From Gekko japonicus (Eukaryota), in the NCBI RefSeq assembly GCF_001447785.1, contig NW_015169174.1:2224643-2288642 (forward strand): a DNA stretch of 64,000 nt, written 5' to 3'. Position numbers and translations under genes: made by a program. Below the pieces are notes generated by a model, which was not told where the DNA came from, did not search any database, and saw only the letters and a list, made by a program, of their open reading frames with translations. This document shows, in pieces, positions 24,796 through 37,397 of this stretch (its first letter is position 1; every line of letters begins with the position of its first letter).

Positions 24796-25675
24796 CATAA
24801 CAAGAGCCCTGCTGGTTCAGACCAATGGTCCATCTAGTCCGGCATCCTGTCTCACACAGTGGCCAACCATTTCCTCTGGACAGCCAACAACAGGGCATAG
24901 AGGCTGAGGCCTTCCCCTGACTATGCCTCCTGGCTCTGGGATTCAGAGGATTAGTGCCTTTATGTGGCGGTTTCCCTCAGTCACCATGGAATTCTCTGCC
25001 AGAGGATGTAGAGATGGCCATAGGAATAAACAGCTGAAAAACGTATCCTCCGTTAATCTATCTACTCCACTTTTAAAGCTGTTTATTCCTATGGCCATCT
25101 CTACATCCTCTGGCAGAGAATTCCACATTTTAATCACTCTCTTTGTAAAGTAGTATTTCCTTTTGCCCATCCTGAACCTACTGCCCATCGGTTTCACTGG
25201 ATGCCCTCAAGTTCTAGTATTTTGGGAGAGGGAGAAAAACTTATCTTTGTCAACTCTCTCCACCCCATGCATAATTTTACAAACCTCTCCCATGTCCCTC
25301 TTTAGCTGTCTCTTTTCTAAACTGAGAAGTCCCAGACTCTTCAGCCTTTCCTCACAGGGAAGGTGCTCCAACCCCCTAATCATCTTGCTTGACCTATTCT
25401 GTACTTTTTCCAGCTCTGCAATGTCCTTCTGGAGATACAGTGACCAGAACTATACACAGTATTCCAAATGAGTCTGTACCATAGATCTATACACGAGAAT
25501 TACATTCTCAATCCCTTTCCTAATAATCCCTAAAATAGACTTTGCTTTTTCCACTGCTGCAGCATACTGGGTTTACACTTTCATTGAGATATTCGCTACA
25601 GCCCCAAGATCTTTTTTCCTCTCAGTCTCAGAAAGGTCAGACCTCATTTTTGGTCCCAATGTGCATCACCTTACA
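24796..25675 (-). mobile_element. CR1 LINE 3' fragment inserted in the Copia element
   Basis: Peptide YFTKRVIKMWNSLPEDV; homologous to 60100-61959. Confidence 0.88.
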
Positions 25676-26919
25676 AAATTCATATACTTTTCCCTTTTGG
25701 TTCCCTTGTGCATATACAACATTATCTTTGCAACAGTCTTTGCTAATAGTACATTTCTTATTTCCAAAACATACGTCAAAGCCTTTGTTTTCTAATGTAG
25801 ACACACTCAATAAATTATACCTTAATTCAGGTACATACAGGACATCTCCAACTTCATTTAGGAAATTTTTGTGAGGTGTGCTACAGCATAAAATGCTAGT
25901 ACCTATGCCTTGAAGCAGTATGCATTCACCTTTAGCCATTTTTATTTCTCCTTTCTCACTTTCATTAAGTTCATCAAAGAAATCTTTGCAGTGTGTGCTT
26001 TGACTACTAGATACTCCACTGTCTATTAGCCACTTATTCTCTTTTGATTCTGATTCAGCATCATCATAAATAAGGCTTTTCTGATTAATCAGTAAAAAAC
26101 TTTTCTTTGAATGCTGCATTAGGACCACCATGCTTTTGATCTTTAAAATTGCCTCTCTGTTTGCTTATAGCTTGTGTGCTGTTCCTGTGCATCTTAGAAA
26201 AACTATGGTTAGCTGGTGGCTCTCTACAGTCCTTTGCAAAATGACCCCTTTTGTTCCAATTAAAGCAATGTAGCGATTGGTTCCCCCTCCCCCCTTCTTT
26301 GGGTGGGACTTGCTCTTTCAAGTTCTTTCTAGAAATGTGTAGCTTGAGCTCTTTGGACATTCAAATTCAATAAGCAGTTTTGAGCATTCCTTCTGCATTT
26401 CTATTAGTGCCTGATTTAAAGTTTTTGCATCTTTCATTTGGCTTTGACTTTGCACACTCTCACAAACATGGAAAAATTTACCCCCAAAGTCCAAAGCATA
26501 AAGTATGCCTTTTGTTCATCGGTTAGATTAAAGCTGCAGATCACTAGATTTTCAAACGCTTGCCTCAGTTCAGATATATATTTTTTCTCTGTTATGTAAC
26601 CTTGCTTTGCAAAGTTTGCCTATCCATACTCCTTGTGATTTAATAATAGTAAGCCCCAAAGACTCTTATAGGCTTTTAAGCATTTCTTTTGCTGTTTGGG
26701 AATTTTCAAACATGAAAGTCTCATTGTCATCCAATGATCCCATAATAACGTTCTTGGCAAAGACATTTTTTATTATCCAACAGTCCAATTCCTTGCCTTT
26801 CTCTGTTGGTTTTTCTTCCTCTAGGATTCCAGCAGCTCCTTTTGCTTCAAGGAATATATGAGATCTTTTACTCACTCAAAATGTGTAACGTGACATTATA
26901 TAAGAGTCTACAGTATTAG

Positions 26920-27266
26920 GTAATGGTAACGGTTTCCCTTGCTCAAAAGCCAGTCGAATCCAACTCTAGGGTTGCAGTGCTCATCTCCGTTTCCAAGCCA
27001 AAGAGCCAGCGCTGTCCAAAGACTTCTCCGTGGTCATGTGGCCAGCATGACTAGAAACCAAGGCGCACAGAACACTGTTACCTTCTCTCCAAAGCGGTAC
27101 CTATTTATCTACTTGCAATTTCTTGCTTTCAAACTGCTAGGCTGGCAGAAGCTGGAACCAGAGATGGGAGCTCACTCCATCATGCGGCACTCGGGTCTTG
27201 AACTGCTGACCTACTGACCTTCCAGCCTGCAGTTCAGTGTCTTAACCACTGAGCCACCGCAGCTCC
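26920..27266 (-). mobile_element. Sauria SINE
   Basis: Full head GGAGCTGCGGTGGCTCAGTGG; TSD GTCTACA(G/A)TATTAG. Confidence 0.9.
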
Positions 27267-29274
27267 GGGGTCTACAATATTAGATTATGTTAATTTATAT
27301 GTATACTGTAGACATACATGTACAAAATATTTTCAAGGATAGGTTCATTGTTTAAATGTGAATATTTTGGCAACAATATGCTACAATATATTTAATGATA
27401 ATACTTCATTAAAGTGAACACAGTTTTCAACAATTTTAACATTTAACTTGATATCCAAACATGCTGGTACTCCTACTGCGACTGTTTGAGGCTATTTCTT
27501 TTTTTAAAACCACAAAAAAACCTTTTGTTATTGACAATAAAATTTCTTTTCCAATGTCTATATGTTTTCCTATCTTTCATTCATCAAGAATTAAGATATA
27601 TATGCTAAGGTACCCATGTAGCAGTTTTCAGGCCTCTCTCATTCACAAAAATTGGGCATATTTGCAGTTTTGCTTGTAGCATTAAGGAATTTAATATGCC
27701 AAATATTACAATTTGATATGTTATAAATGATGCAACTTTATGTTGTCAAAGTGGCAAAATAGGTTTATGATAGGAAAGTAAGTATTGCATACACACACTC
27801 ACACCCCTTTCCTTCTTTTCTGACAACAGGAAATGGTTTTGCCCCTCATGGCTTCAAAATATCTAGAAATTTTGCATCTATGGACAGATAAGCCCCTAAA
27901 GTGCGGGCAGCTCCACTTGGGCTCAGTATGCTCCCAGTGTGTTTGGCCAATCCAACACGTCTCCATCGCCCAACAACACACCCTTTTGTTTGCCAGCACA
28001 TTATCTTCACAAATAGATGTTGCAAGGGTTTTTGCCACTCAGACCAAAATGGTTGCCTACACCTGTGACAGACCAAATTACACTGCCTGGCCTAGTTTAT
28101 TAAGACAGTATTTATTCTGGTTCCTTTATGCATATTTGCTGTGTGTTATAGGTTTCAAAATATTATTTTGTCGATCTGTAATTAAGTCACTGTGTTCCTC
28201 TGTTTACAAAGTTTTGCTGAGAAAGGAAAAACTTCCAAGAGCACCTTGTTTGTAACTAAGGGATGTTAACTCAGCCCTTAGTGTAAACTGCACTAAATAT
28301 GCAGAAATGAAGACTGAATTATAAGCACAATTCCACAAAGTATGTGAAAAAAGCAATTTAAAAAAAAACAACAACATAATATGTTGAACTGTTATAACAA
28401 GGAATCAAAACAATAGTTTGATGAAGTCACCCTTACTTGAAATAACGGAATAAACTGTAGAAGGTACATTCCGTTAAAAAAATTAAATTCAGTAAATGAT
28501 GCTAAAATTATAGTGCCAAAGCACTAAGATAAAAACTACATTGGACAGGTTTTCGTAGATGGCAAAAACAAGCACCATTCTTTAAAACAAAAGATGACTG
28601 GTTTTCAGGCTGGACACCAGATCATCGAATGGTTCTGGATCTTCTTGGCAGGTGAGTCACAAAGCCAGGAAGGAGAAGCAAGAGGAACAGAATGCTGTAT
28701 AGCCCCTTCCCCTTTAAGCAAAGTTGGGACAAAGGCTCTGTGCTTGCCTCCTCCAAGCAGTAGGAAAAGAAAAGAGTGCGGCACAGCCATGTTACCACTT
28801 TTGTTCCCACTCATTTCACTAGAGGGTAGGAGAGAGAAATAAAGAGGCTCAAGTTTTCCGGGTGAATGAAACTAAGGGGCTCAGCTTAAAACTGGCTGTG
28901 GGTAGTGTAGGAGGTGACGGATTCCGTAGGTGGGTGGCATTTGTCAGTTCCCTCACCTGCACTGTGGCTGCCTGAGGCAGACTCCTTCAGCAGTGTTGCT
29001 GCTGGGATTCAGATCAGATCTGGCTGCAAGTACTGTGGGAGGAGAGGACTGTGGAAGTCCTTTCCTCCCAGTGCTTTCCTTTCCAGTGCTGTTTAATGGA
29101 CAAGGTCAAGCCAGGCCCCTGTAGCAATGCTGCCAGCACTGCTGTAGGGACTCAGAGGCAGACAAAGCTACAAGCAGCACAAGAGGCAATGTGTACTGTA
29201 GATTTGTTAGGACCCATGATTTCCTGGGCCCTTACAGAGAAATTACATCCTTACTTGGGCCCCTTATTCTAGAA

Positions 29275-29730
29275 CAAGGATCCCTAATGTGGTATCCATG
29301 GGAGCCATAGCACCTGTGGGCACCTTTTCTGGTGCCCGCCACATATTTTTAGAAAACAGGTCGAGCCAGATGAGGCCTTTGCCCAACAAGGCTTCCGATT
29401 GGCCACTGGAGATCTGATTAGCTGTATACTTTTTTTTAATTGCTTCAGCAGCAGCTGCCACCACAACACAAGGATCTTCAGTGTGTGTCTGTTAAGCTGT
29501 GTGTATACAAGAAAATATTTTTAAAGGCATCCTGTTAAACAGCTTTTGCCTGAAATGTTGGTGTTACCATTAGAGTTATGCATGATCTCACTTCTGACAT
29601 TTTGTGGTTGGCTCTCTTGTGACAGACCTTTTCAGGTTGACTCTGCTGCCCACAGAAGACATTTTGTGGTTGATGAACCTGTGTCAGAATTCCAAATGTG
29701 CCTGCAGGCTCAAAAGGTTTGGAGATCGCT
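29275..29730. mobile_element. Charlie-like hAT MITE
   Basis: Homology to 19230-19480; degenerate AAAAGGTTTGGAGA.C end. Confidence 0.6.
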
Positions 29731-32120
29731 CTTCTAGAATCATCCCCCAACTTCCCACTGCCACTACATACTCCATAAGACTTCCATGACACAATGACAG
29801 ATCTTTCTTATTACCCACTTTCAAAATCATTGTTGGTATAAAAGCACAAGGCATATTTTTAATACAATGCAATCCCAGAATTGTTGCATGCTCATAGAAG
29901 AATGGCAGAACACACACATTTACTGAGAGGTTCAAGTGAATGATGCTAAACAGAGGGAAAAAAGCAATTCCTATCTAGTCTTCATCCAAACTATTCTTTT
30001 TAAAAAATCTATACCGTCACTGTGGTAACAACAATATGTCTATATTATTGTTATAACTGCCTTTCCTTTTGTAGAAGGACAAAGGTTAATTGCTTTTCTG
30101 GAGGTCACACAGCAAGCCTTCAGAAATGGAACCCAAACCTTCTTATTTCAAGGCATTATTTAACCATTTCATTTCCATTCACTCTGGCTAGAGCCACAAC
30201 ATGCTTAAGGTTTCACTGGGATACTTGAATCCATGAGCTCCGCTTAGTCTCTTCATCTCTTTATGGAACACAAATTAGCTCAACAACTTTGGCTAATTCA
30301 ACAACATGGCTATCACCCTTGGGAAGCGTGTTCTCAACAAAGCTTACACATGAAATTCTAAAGGGGTAGCTGTGTTAGTCTGCTCCAGAAAAATTACTCA
30401 GAATTCCAGACTAACAGCATTAACCTATGAATAAGCTTTCATGATTCAGAGCTCACTTCATTAGATGCAGAAGGCCCTGACAAATTTGCTTTAGCTTTAA
30501 GAGCTATCCCAAATATTTAGGAACCAGACTTATTTTTCTGTCTTCAGCATTTTATATTTTAACAAGCAGGGCAGCCATAAGGACTTGCAGGAAGTATCTC
30601 ATTTAATCCTTCCCTACTGTTTCTCTTTCCTGTCTCTGGCAGCACCCATAGCCTTTCCCCCTTTCTTCTCCCCACACACCAGCCACGACCTATCTTTATC
30701 TGCCACTCATCTTTGGCTATATGGATATATGGACTCCGCAATTTTTATTTTTAAGATTTCAAATTACAAACCTGTGGGTTTTTCCCCACAGGCTTGTAGA
30801 AAGAGCTGTCTTGTCTGTACATGGCTACAACCTCCACATTTAAGTATCCACAGAGATGTGTTGAGAATTACATATACTGGTGATGACCATATTTCCTAAC
30901 TGTTGCTGCCATAAAACCTAACACTGAACTCTTTACAGTCACTTGTAATTTTTTAAGCTATTAAAAAAGTGTTGTAGTATATAAACAAACATGTGGTTAC
31001 CCTGGTTGTCATCACAACAAAAAGCTAACCTCTATTTCTCACATAAATAAGCTTTGTACTTCTACTGAGAATCACCAAGAGGCGCCGAATTCAATAAATA
31101 ATAAATTACAATAAATGACTGATGAAAATACTAATGCCATAATGAAATTTCTAGGCACCATGGTACACTGGGACCTGGGATTTGTCAAGTGTTGGCTTAC
31201 ATCCATGGGTTGGGTTTCATCAGTATTCCAAACACTCATACAAGCTCTTCTAGTTGTTTCACACAGATGTTAGACTCCACAGGGGATTAAAAAAAAAATT
31301 GCAGCAGTAGACATCAGTGGAAAAAATCTTAGTGCCAGTAGAACTGCCATAATATAATGGTGCAAACTCAAGGAAAGTATCCTGAATAATATCACTGTTG
31401 TTTATACCAAATGTTGTTGACAGATCCAGGAGAATTGACAGGGTCATTCATCCATCTTCTTACAAAAATTCTCTACCAATACAATCATGGAAGTTAGAGT
31501 CACAAAAGTTAATGAAATGGGACCAAATAAGTTCCAGTCAATTTGATGATTTACTTATAAAGTTCCTGCAAAACTCTGGTGGGTTATGTTTATCACTTAG
31601 CATTAACTTTGGCTGACATATGCATTTAACATTCTCAAACTTCAGCAACCTGGGGGCCACCAATTTGATATAAAGATTTTCATGGGGCCCCTAACCTTCC
31701 TTTCAGAAGCATCTGCCACATGCTCAGCTATCATCAGCACCTGTAACTACAGACTGCAATGAGTAAGCTCTTCCTTGGATTTTAATAGGTAATACAATGG
31801 ATGCCAGGCTCAGTAAGTGCATAATTACATGACAGCACCAACTAATATCCAAAACAGCTATTCTAGTGAATTGTGTAAATACATGAATAGAAACTTACCA
31901 GTTATGGCACAGAATATATTTTTGAACTTGCCTAATTATGGATTTGCTGAAGAGATACACAAGTCCCAGAGCAAATTAATACCTTTGTAAGTCTTGAGGA
32001 ATATAGGTAGGGAGTGGATGTATGAAGGTATATCAGAGGCCATGGAAAAGCTCTGTACTCTGTACCATAATAGATTTGACTCTGTTTATTTACTTAGTGA
32101 CATCAGTGGAGCTTTAGTTT

Positions 32121-32408
32121 GAGAGCCAGTTTGGTGTAGTGGTTAAGTGTACGGACTCTAATCTGGGAGAACCGGGTTTGATTCCCCACTCCTCCACTTG
32201 CACCTGCTGATGTGACCTTGGGTCAGTCACAAGCTCTGGCACAGCTGTTCTTGAAAAAGAGCAGTTTGTGTCAGAGTTCTCTCAGCCCCACCTACCTCAC
32301 AGGGTGTCTGTTGTGGGGAGGGGAAGGGAAAGGAGTTTGTAAGCCGCTCTGAGACTCCAAGTGAAGGGCGGGGTATAAATCCAATCTCTTCTCTTCTCTT
32401 CTTCTTCT
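32121..32408 (+). mobile_element. Squam3-like SINE
   Basis: A and B boxes and a (CTT)n tail; near-identical to the other copies. Confidence 0.88.
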
Positions 32409-32447
32409 TTAAATCCAATTGGTTTTTAAATTAAACGGTGGAGTTTT

Positions 32448-32725
32448 GTTAGTTGTTGTAGAATTTCAGGGCTGTATGGCCATGATCTTGGCATTGTAGT
32501 ACTTGACATTTCATCAGCAGCTGTGACTGGCATCCTCAGAGGTATAACACAGAAAGGTGGAGTACTCTCTGTGTCAAGGTGAGAAGAAAAATGGTAGGCA
32601 GGTAATTTATATCTACTCAGGAAGGTGGGGTAGGGCTGAGTCATTATCTTGTAGGAGTTCCCCAGGTTGTGACATGCTAATGGAGCTTTCCTGAGGAGGT
32701 TCTTTTGCATATGGATTGGCTGTTG
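32448..32725 (-). mobile_element. Penelope-like terminal fragment with a decayed hammerhead
   Basis: Colinear with 262-389; the hammerhead core is mutated (CTGAT-GAAATGTC). Confidence 0.8.
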
Positions 32726-32859
32726 AAATTCTAATAAATAGGGCATGGTTTCCAATCCTGAAAAACACAAAATGCTCTACATCTTACAACAGCACTATTA
32801 TGTGTCACAGGACTCTTCTGTTGAAGGCAGCATCAGCTGAATTGTAGGCATTTATCTTA

Positions 32860-34420
32860 GTGTTTTATAAATGTAGAAATGGAAGACCACGTCACTGCCT
32901 TGCACACTTCCTCCACTGTGTCATGCCTAGCAAAGGCTGTGTTAGTTGCTGCACTTCTCACTGAAGGAACTGTGATTCCATGTGGAACGTCCATTTTGTG
33001 AAGTTTGTAAGCTTCAATGATACAATTCTTGAGACATCTGCTGATGACTGACTTGGCCATTTTATTCCCCATGTTCGGTGGATAGAAATGAACAGAGTAT
33101 CTGTTTTATTAATGTGATTTGTTCTACATATGAATGCCTTCAGAATTCTTCTGACACCCAACGTGACATCCCTTTCTCTTGGGTGGTTGGGATTTGGGCA
33201 GAAGGATGGGAGGTTGATCTCTTGAGATCTATGGAATGTAGAATTTACCTTTGGCCAAAATGCTGGATCGGTTCTCAACACCACCTTATCCTTATGGAAG
33301 ATACAGAGCTCGGGTTTGATGGAAAGTACTCCAAGCTCTGACACTCATCTCGCAGAAGTGATAGGCACTAAAAGGGTTTTGATTCTTAGCCATTTCAACC
33401 GAATCTCTCTAATTTGCTCAAAGGGAGGTTTAGTGAAAGATGAAAGCACAGTATGCAGTTTCCAGGTTGGAAATCTGCGGAGAATCATAGCTGCTCCCTT
33501 GAGGAACCAGCATAAATGTGGGTGCCTTGAGAGACTGATGCCTTCAGTCTGAGGTAGCACCATGGCTAGTGCTGCAACTTGCCATCTGAGTGTCACAGTC
33601 AGACCTCTATCGATGCCTTCCTGTAGGAAATCTAAGATAGACTTGATTTGAAGATTTAAGGTGTTGACTAGAGATGTGAAGGCCTGGAAAAAACCCGGAA
33701 AAATTTGGGGAAAAACCGTTTCCCCCCCGTTTTTTTCCTGAAGCCTTTTTTCCCCCCGAAAAATTGAAAAAAGAAAAGAATTGATTATGGAAAATTTAAT
33801 TTTAAAATGATGAATAAAATATTTTAAGACCAGGTGTTCAAATATTTTCCAAATCATTTCTAATATATATATATATATGGTATCAGATTGATGTAATTTC
33901 TGTGCACTGAGGACAAGCAAGTCCTAGGTTACAAATGCAAGAACAAGATGCATTTCTTCCTTTAGGAGGTGCAATTGTCAGAAGAAAATAAAAAAGTTTC
34001 AGTTTTGTTTTTGCATGTGGGTGGGTATTCTGTAATAATTGTTTGGATACACTATATTTTTAATATGCTAGTTGTGATAATTTCATGCCAAGTAAAAATG
34101 TCCATAGTCATATTTTATGTTCCTAAAGTAACAGAATGACTTTCAAACTAGAAAGGACAAAAGAAATGCTAATGTAGCATTTTTTTCGATTTTTCCGAAA
34201 ATTTCCATTTCCCCCCGGAAAAAAACGAAAAAAACCCGGGTTTTTTTCCGAGCTTCAAAATTTCCAAAAATTTTACATCTCTATTGTTGACCCTCTTCCT
34301 CCTACACATTCAAACAAATGCCTTTCAAGTAAAATTATATATTGTTGGTCGATTTGTCTCCTAGATGAAAGCAGAGTACCCATAACCTCTGTGCTGTAAC
34401 CTTGTTGTAAAACGTTGTCC
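32860..34420 (-). pseudogene. DIRS tyrosine recombinase remnant (split by a hAT MITE)
   Basis: ITSAR*VSEL, LRTDPAFWPKV, ITVPSVRS, VCKAVTWSSISTFIKH. Confidence 0.9.
33669..34283. mobile_element. hAT-Ac-like MITE (615 bp)
   Basis: TIR TAGAGATGT / ACATCTCTA; subterminal CCGG/AAAA repeats; 8-bp TSD (G/T)TGTTGAC. Confidence 0.85.
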
Positions 34421-34529
34421 CTCTCAGTTTCCAAGCAGTCAGGTTTAACTTCTCTGGATGCTGATGCCAGATTGGCCCCTTGTATAACATGTCCACTGAT
34501 ACTGGAAACCTCAGTGGTGGATCTGTGGG

Positions 34530-34871
34530 TATTTGATGGAAAGCTGAATACCATGGCCAGCAAGGACAAAAGGGGGCCACTAGAACGGTCTCTGCCTGTT
34601 GTTCCTTGATCGTTCAGATCACTTTTGGTAGAATTAGAACTGGAGGGAAAGCTTATAATAGGCCTCTTGGCCATCTTGATGTTAATGTGTCTGTTGCTTC
34701 AGCCTCAGGGTGACAGAACCTGGTGAAGAACCAATGGGTTTGATGATTCATTAAGGATGCAAAAAGATCCACCGGTGGGAGTCTGAAGTGATTTGTGATC
34801 AAGTTGAACAGATCCTTCTTGAGAGTCCATTCTCCCTCTTGGATTACCTTTTCGGCTGAGCCAGTCTGCAT
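34530..34871 (-). pseudogene. DIRS Dam-like N6-adenine methyltransferase domain remnant
   Basis: EWTL...PPVDLFAS...WPRGLL*AFPP (degenerate YAFPP), then APFCPCWPWYS. Confidence 0.8.
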
Positions 34872-35472
34872 GTGTATTCAGTTTTCCCTTTATGTGTTCT
34901 GCCTGGATAGAGAGCAGGTTCTTCTCTGCCCACGTAAGAATCTTAGCGGCTTCCTTGTGAATGGTGTTGATAACTTGGAACCTTCCCTGTTTGTTGATAT
35001 ATGTTTTTGCCACTAAGTTGTCTGTTCTTATCAAAATGTGGGAGTGAGATATCTTGTCTTTGAAACAAAGAAGAGCCAGCTGAACGGCCCGAAGCTCTAG
35101 TAGGTGGATTGATAGTCATTTCCTTCTTGTTCCACTGCCCCTGTAATGGAATCTCTTCCCATGTCACCCCCCCCATCCATCCAGATAGGCTAGCACCTGT
35201 GAATACTTGCTTCATTTTTATAATCCAATATCTCTTACGCTGCTTGAGGTTAGGCATCTTCATCCACCGGACTAGACTGGATTTCACTTTTAGTGGAAAA
35301 CAGATTGATAAATCTTCCTCTGATTTTGGAAGGGTCTCAACATTGTTGCAGATGTCTGGAATGAAATCTGCCCCATTGTATTGCGTCAATGTTTGAGATT
35401 AATAGGCCCATAAGACTAGTGCCCCAGGCAGAGTAACCACAAGTTTTATTAAGAGATTTAACAACAATTTTA

Positions 35473-36669
35473 TTTTTATTTTTTTATATAAAGATTTTAT
35501 TGACTCTCCTAAAAAGGAGGGGTGTTTCGCTTAAATAGAAAAATAGGAGGGTATATAGTGGGAGAAAGAGAAAGCTGAGTGATATATTAATTGGTAAATT
35601 TAACTGTTAGTAGTGTCCAATCAATCTTCTTAGGCTTCTTCTGTGAGCAGTCAAATTTCTTTTTTCAATCCGGTTACAAGTATTATCTATGTTAGTATGT
35701 TAGTAATGTTCCTTTGAATTTCTGTTAAAAAGCTTCTTCAGAGCGCCTTCAGAACCGCTTCTTTGCGTGCTGGTTTCTTTTACACTCCCGATAGCATGGA
35801 GGAGCTTCCTCTGTTTTCTTCTCCCTCCGGCTTTTTTTCCCATCCTCCTTCGGGTCGCTGTTAACACTTTCAGTTCATGTGCTATAAATCCTCTTTCTTT
35901 CCTGCCTTTTCAGGAAAGCTCCAGCTTTGAGAATGGTATTTAATTCAGGTTTCGCTTTTATACGCTCCCAATCTCTCCGCTGGAACCTCCTCCGCAACCG
36001 TTGACTTTTAAAAGCGCTTATAAGGCACTTTCTCGCTGTCACAGTTCAACTTTTCTCTTTTCACAATTCCCCGTCAGATTCACAGCCATAAACAGTCCAA
36101 GCAGTAAACAGCCGGCTCTCACCCATAAGCAAATGCCCAGACCGGAAGTTCCTCCCTTCTTCTCTGCTTGTCTTTNNNNNNNNNNNNNNNNNNNNNNNNN
36201 NNNNNNNNNNNNNNNNNNNNNNNNNNNNNNNNNNNNNNNNNNNNNNNNNNNNNNNNNNNNNNNNNNNNNNNNNNNNNNNNNNNNNNNNNNNNNNNNNNNN
36301 NNNNNNNNNNNNNNNNNNNNNNNNNNNNNNNNNNNNNNNNNNNNNNNNNNNNNNNNNNNNNNNNNNNNNNNNNNNNNNNNNNNNNNNNNNNNNNNNNNNN
36401 NNNNNNNNNNNNNNNNNNNNNNNNNNNNNNNNNNNNCAGCAAGGTCCATTGGGGCAGGGCATGGCGGGAGCCTCGGTCTCCGACCTCTCGGCCGAAAGAG
36501 AGACTCCCCCCTAGTGCGCCCTAAAGCGCCCCGGATCCGAGCTTCTCCATTCCTGAGGGGCTCGTTCGGGTCTCCGCTCGCGCGGATTCCCTCCTCCACC
36601 GCGGGCGAGACAACCTCGGGAGCGACCCGAGGATGCGTCCGCCATTCGCGGGAGCCAGACCAGAAGCCC
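35473..36669 (-). mobile_element. Short L1 5'-UTR-like retroposon with A-rich tail
   Basis: 19-bp TSD AGATTTAACAACAATTTTA (35454-35472, 36670-36688); CpG-rich 5' end GGGCTTCTGGTCTGGCTCC; contains an assembly gap. Confidence 0.7.
36176..36436. other. Assembly gap (261 N)
   Basis: Run of N. Confidence 1.
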
Positions 36670-37191
36670 AGATTTAACAACAATTTTAGATCAATAACAA
36701 GTAGGAAAAATGAGCAAAGAAGGCAGGTAAATCAATAAAATAATAAATCCTAGCACATCTGTCTACACAGTCCTAGCCTTCCCTAGGTACCTTTCACAGT
36801 CCAACTCACCCCTTTTGGATGAAGGATCCCACTGTCTGCAGCAGCTTCCACCAGCCCTGCTCCCTGAGGAAGAACACCCACCCACTGTGGGCAAGGCCTT
36901 TTGTCTCCTCTTCCTAGGCACTGCCCTCTGTTCCCCTGCTGGTGTAGTTTTCCCTCCAAAATCTCCTGTTGCCCAATCATAGGTTCTAGAGGGAACCTGG
37001 GAAATGTAGGCCTTAATGACTACTTCCATGCAGGCTTCCCTAGAGCCACTAGGCCTCCCCAGAGCCTGTAGGCCGCATCACTAGGCCCATGATCCTGACA
37101 GTTCCAGAGAACTCTTTTTACAGATTTACTAGGAATCCATGGGCCTGTAAACAGTGGACGGTTTTCTCCATATCCTCTCTTGACTTGTGAC

Positions 37192-37397
37192 CAATGTTCC
37201 CTCTAAGCTGTAGAGTCCTGTGAGCAAAAATTCTACTTTGTGAGCTACCGGCATTAAAGTTGTGAACAGGTGATTTGGCTACTGCATAAATTAGTGTGTT
37301 CTGGAGCCATCCTTCCTGAGCTGAGACAAAAATGTGTGAGCCGGAGGCTAAAAAACTGTGAGCTAGCTCACACTAACTCAGCTTAGAGGGAACACTG
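37192..37397. mobile_element. hAT MITE inserted in the DIRS RT region
   Basis: TIRs as in 7158-7363; perfect 8-bp TSD CTTGTGAC. Confidence 0.92.

Larger units (their letters stand above)
19494..26880 (-). mobile_element. Degenerate Ty1/Copia LTR retrotransposon with nested insertions
   Basis: Domain order on the minus strand: gag (26875-26666), zinc knuckle CFNWNKRGHFAKDC, protease WLIDSG, integrase N-part LELIHSDVLGP (~24550), RT, RNase H. Then PPT AAGAAGGGA and a 3' LTR starting TGTTAGA at 19920. The LTR's lower end is approximate and no 5' LTR is seen. Confidence 0.9.

Noticed and set aside
34530-34871. Bacterial or phage methyltransferase-integrase module (contamination or horizontal transfer)
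   Set aside because: The domains sit in standard DIRS order among vertebrate repeats and are pseudogenised.
36001-36738. Long ORFs spanning the N run (also those near 50100-50430)
   Set aside because: Artefacts of assembly gaps.
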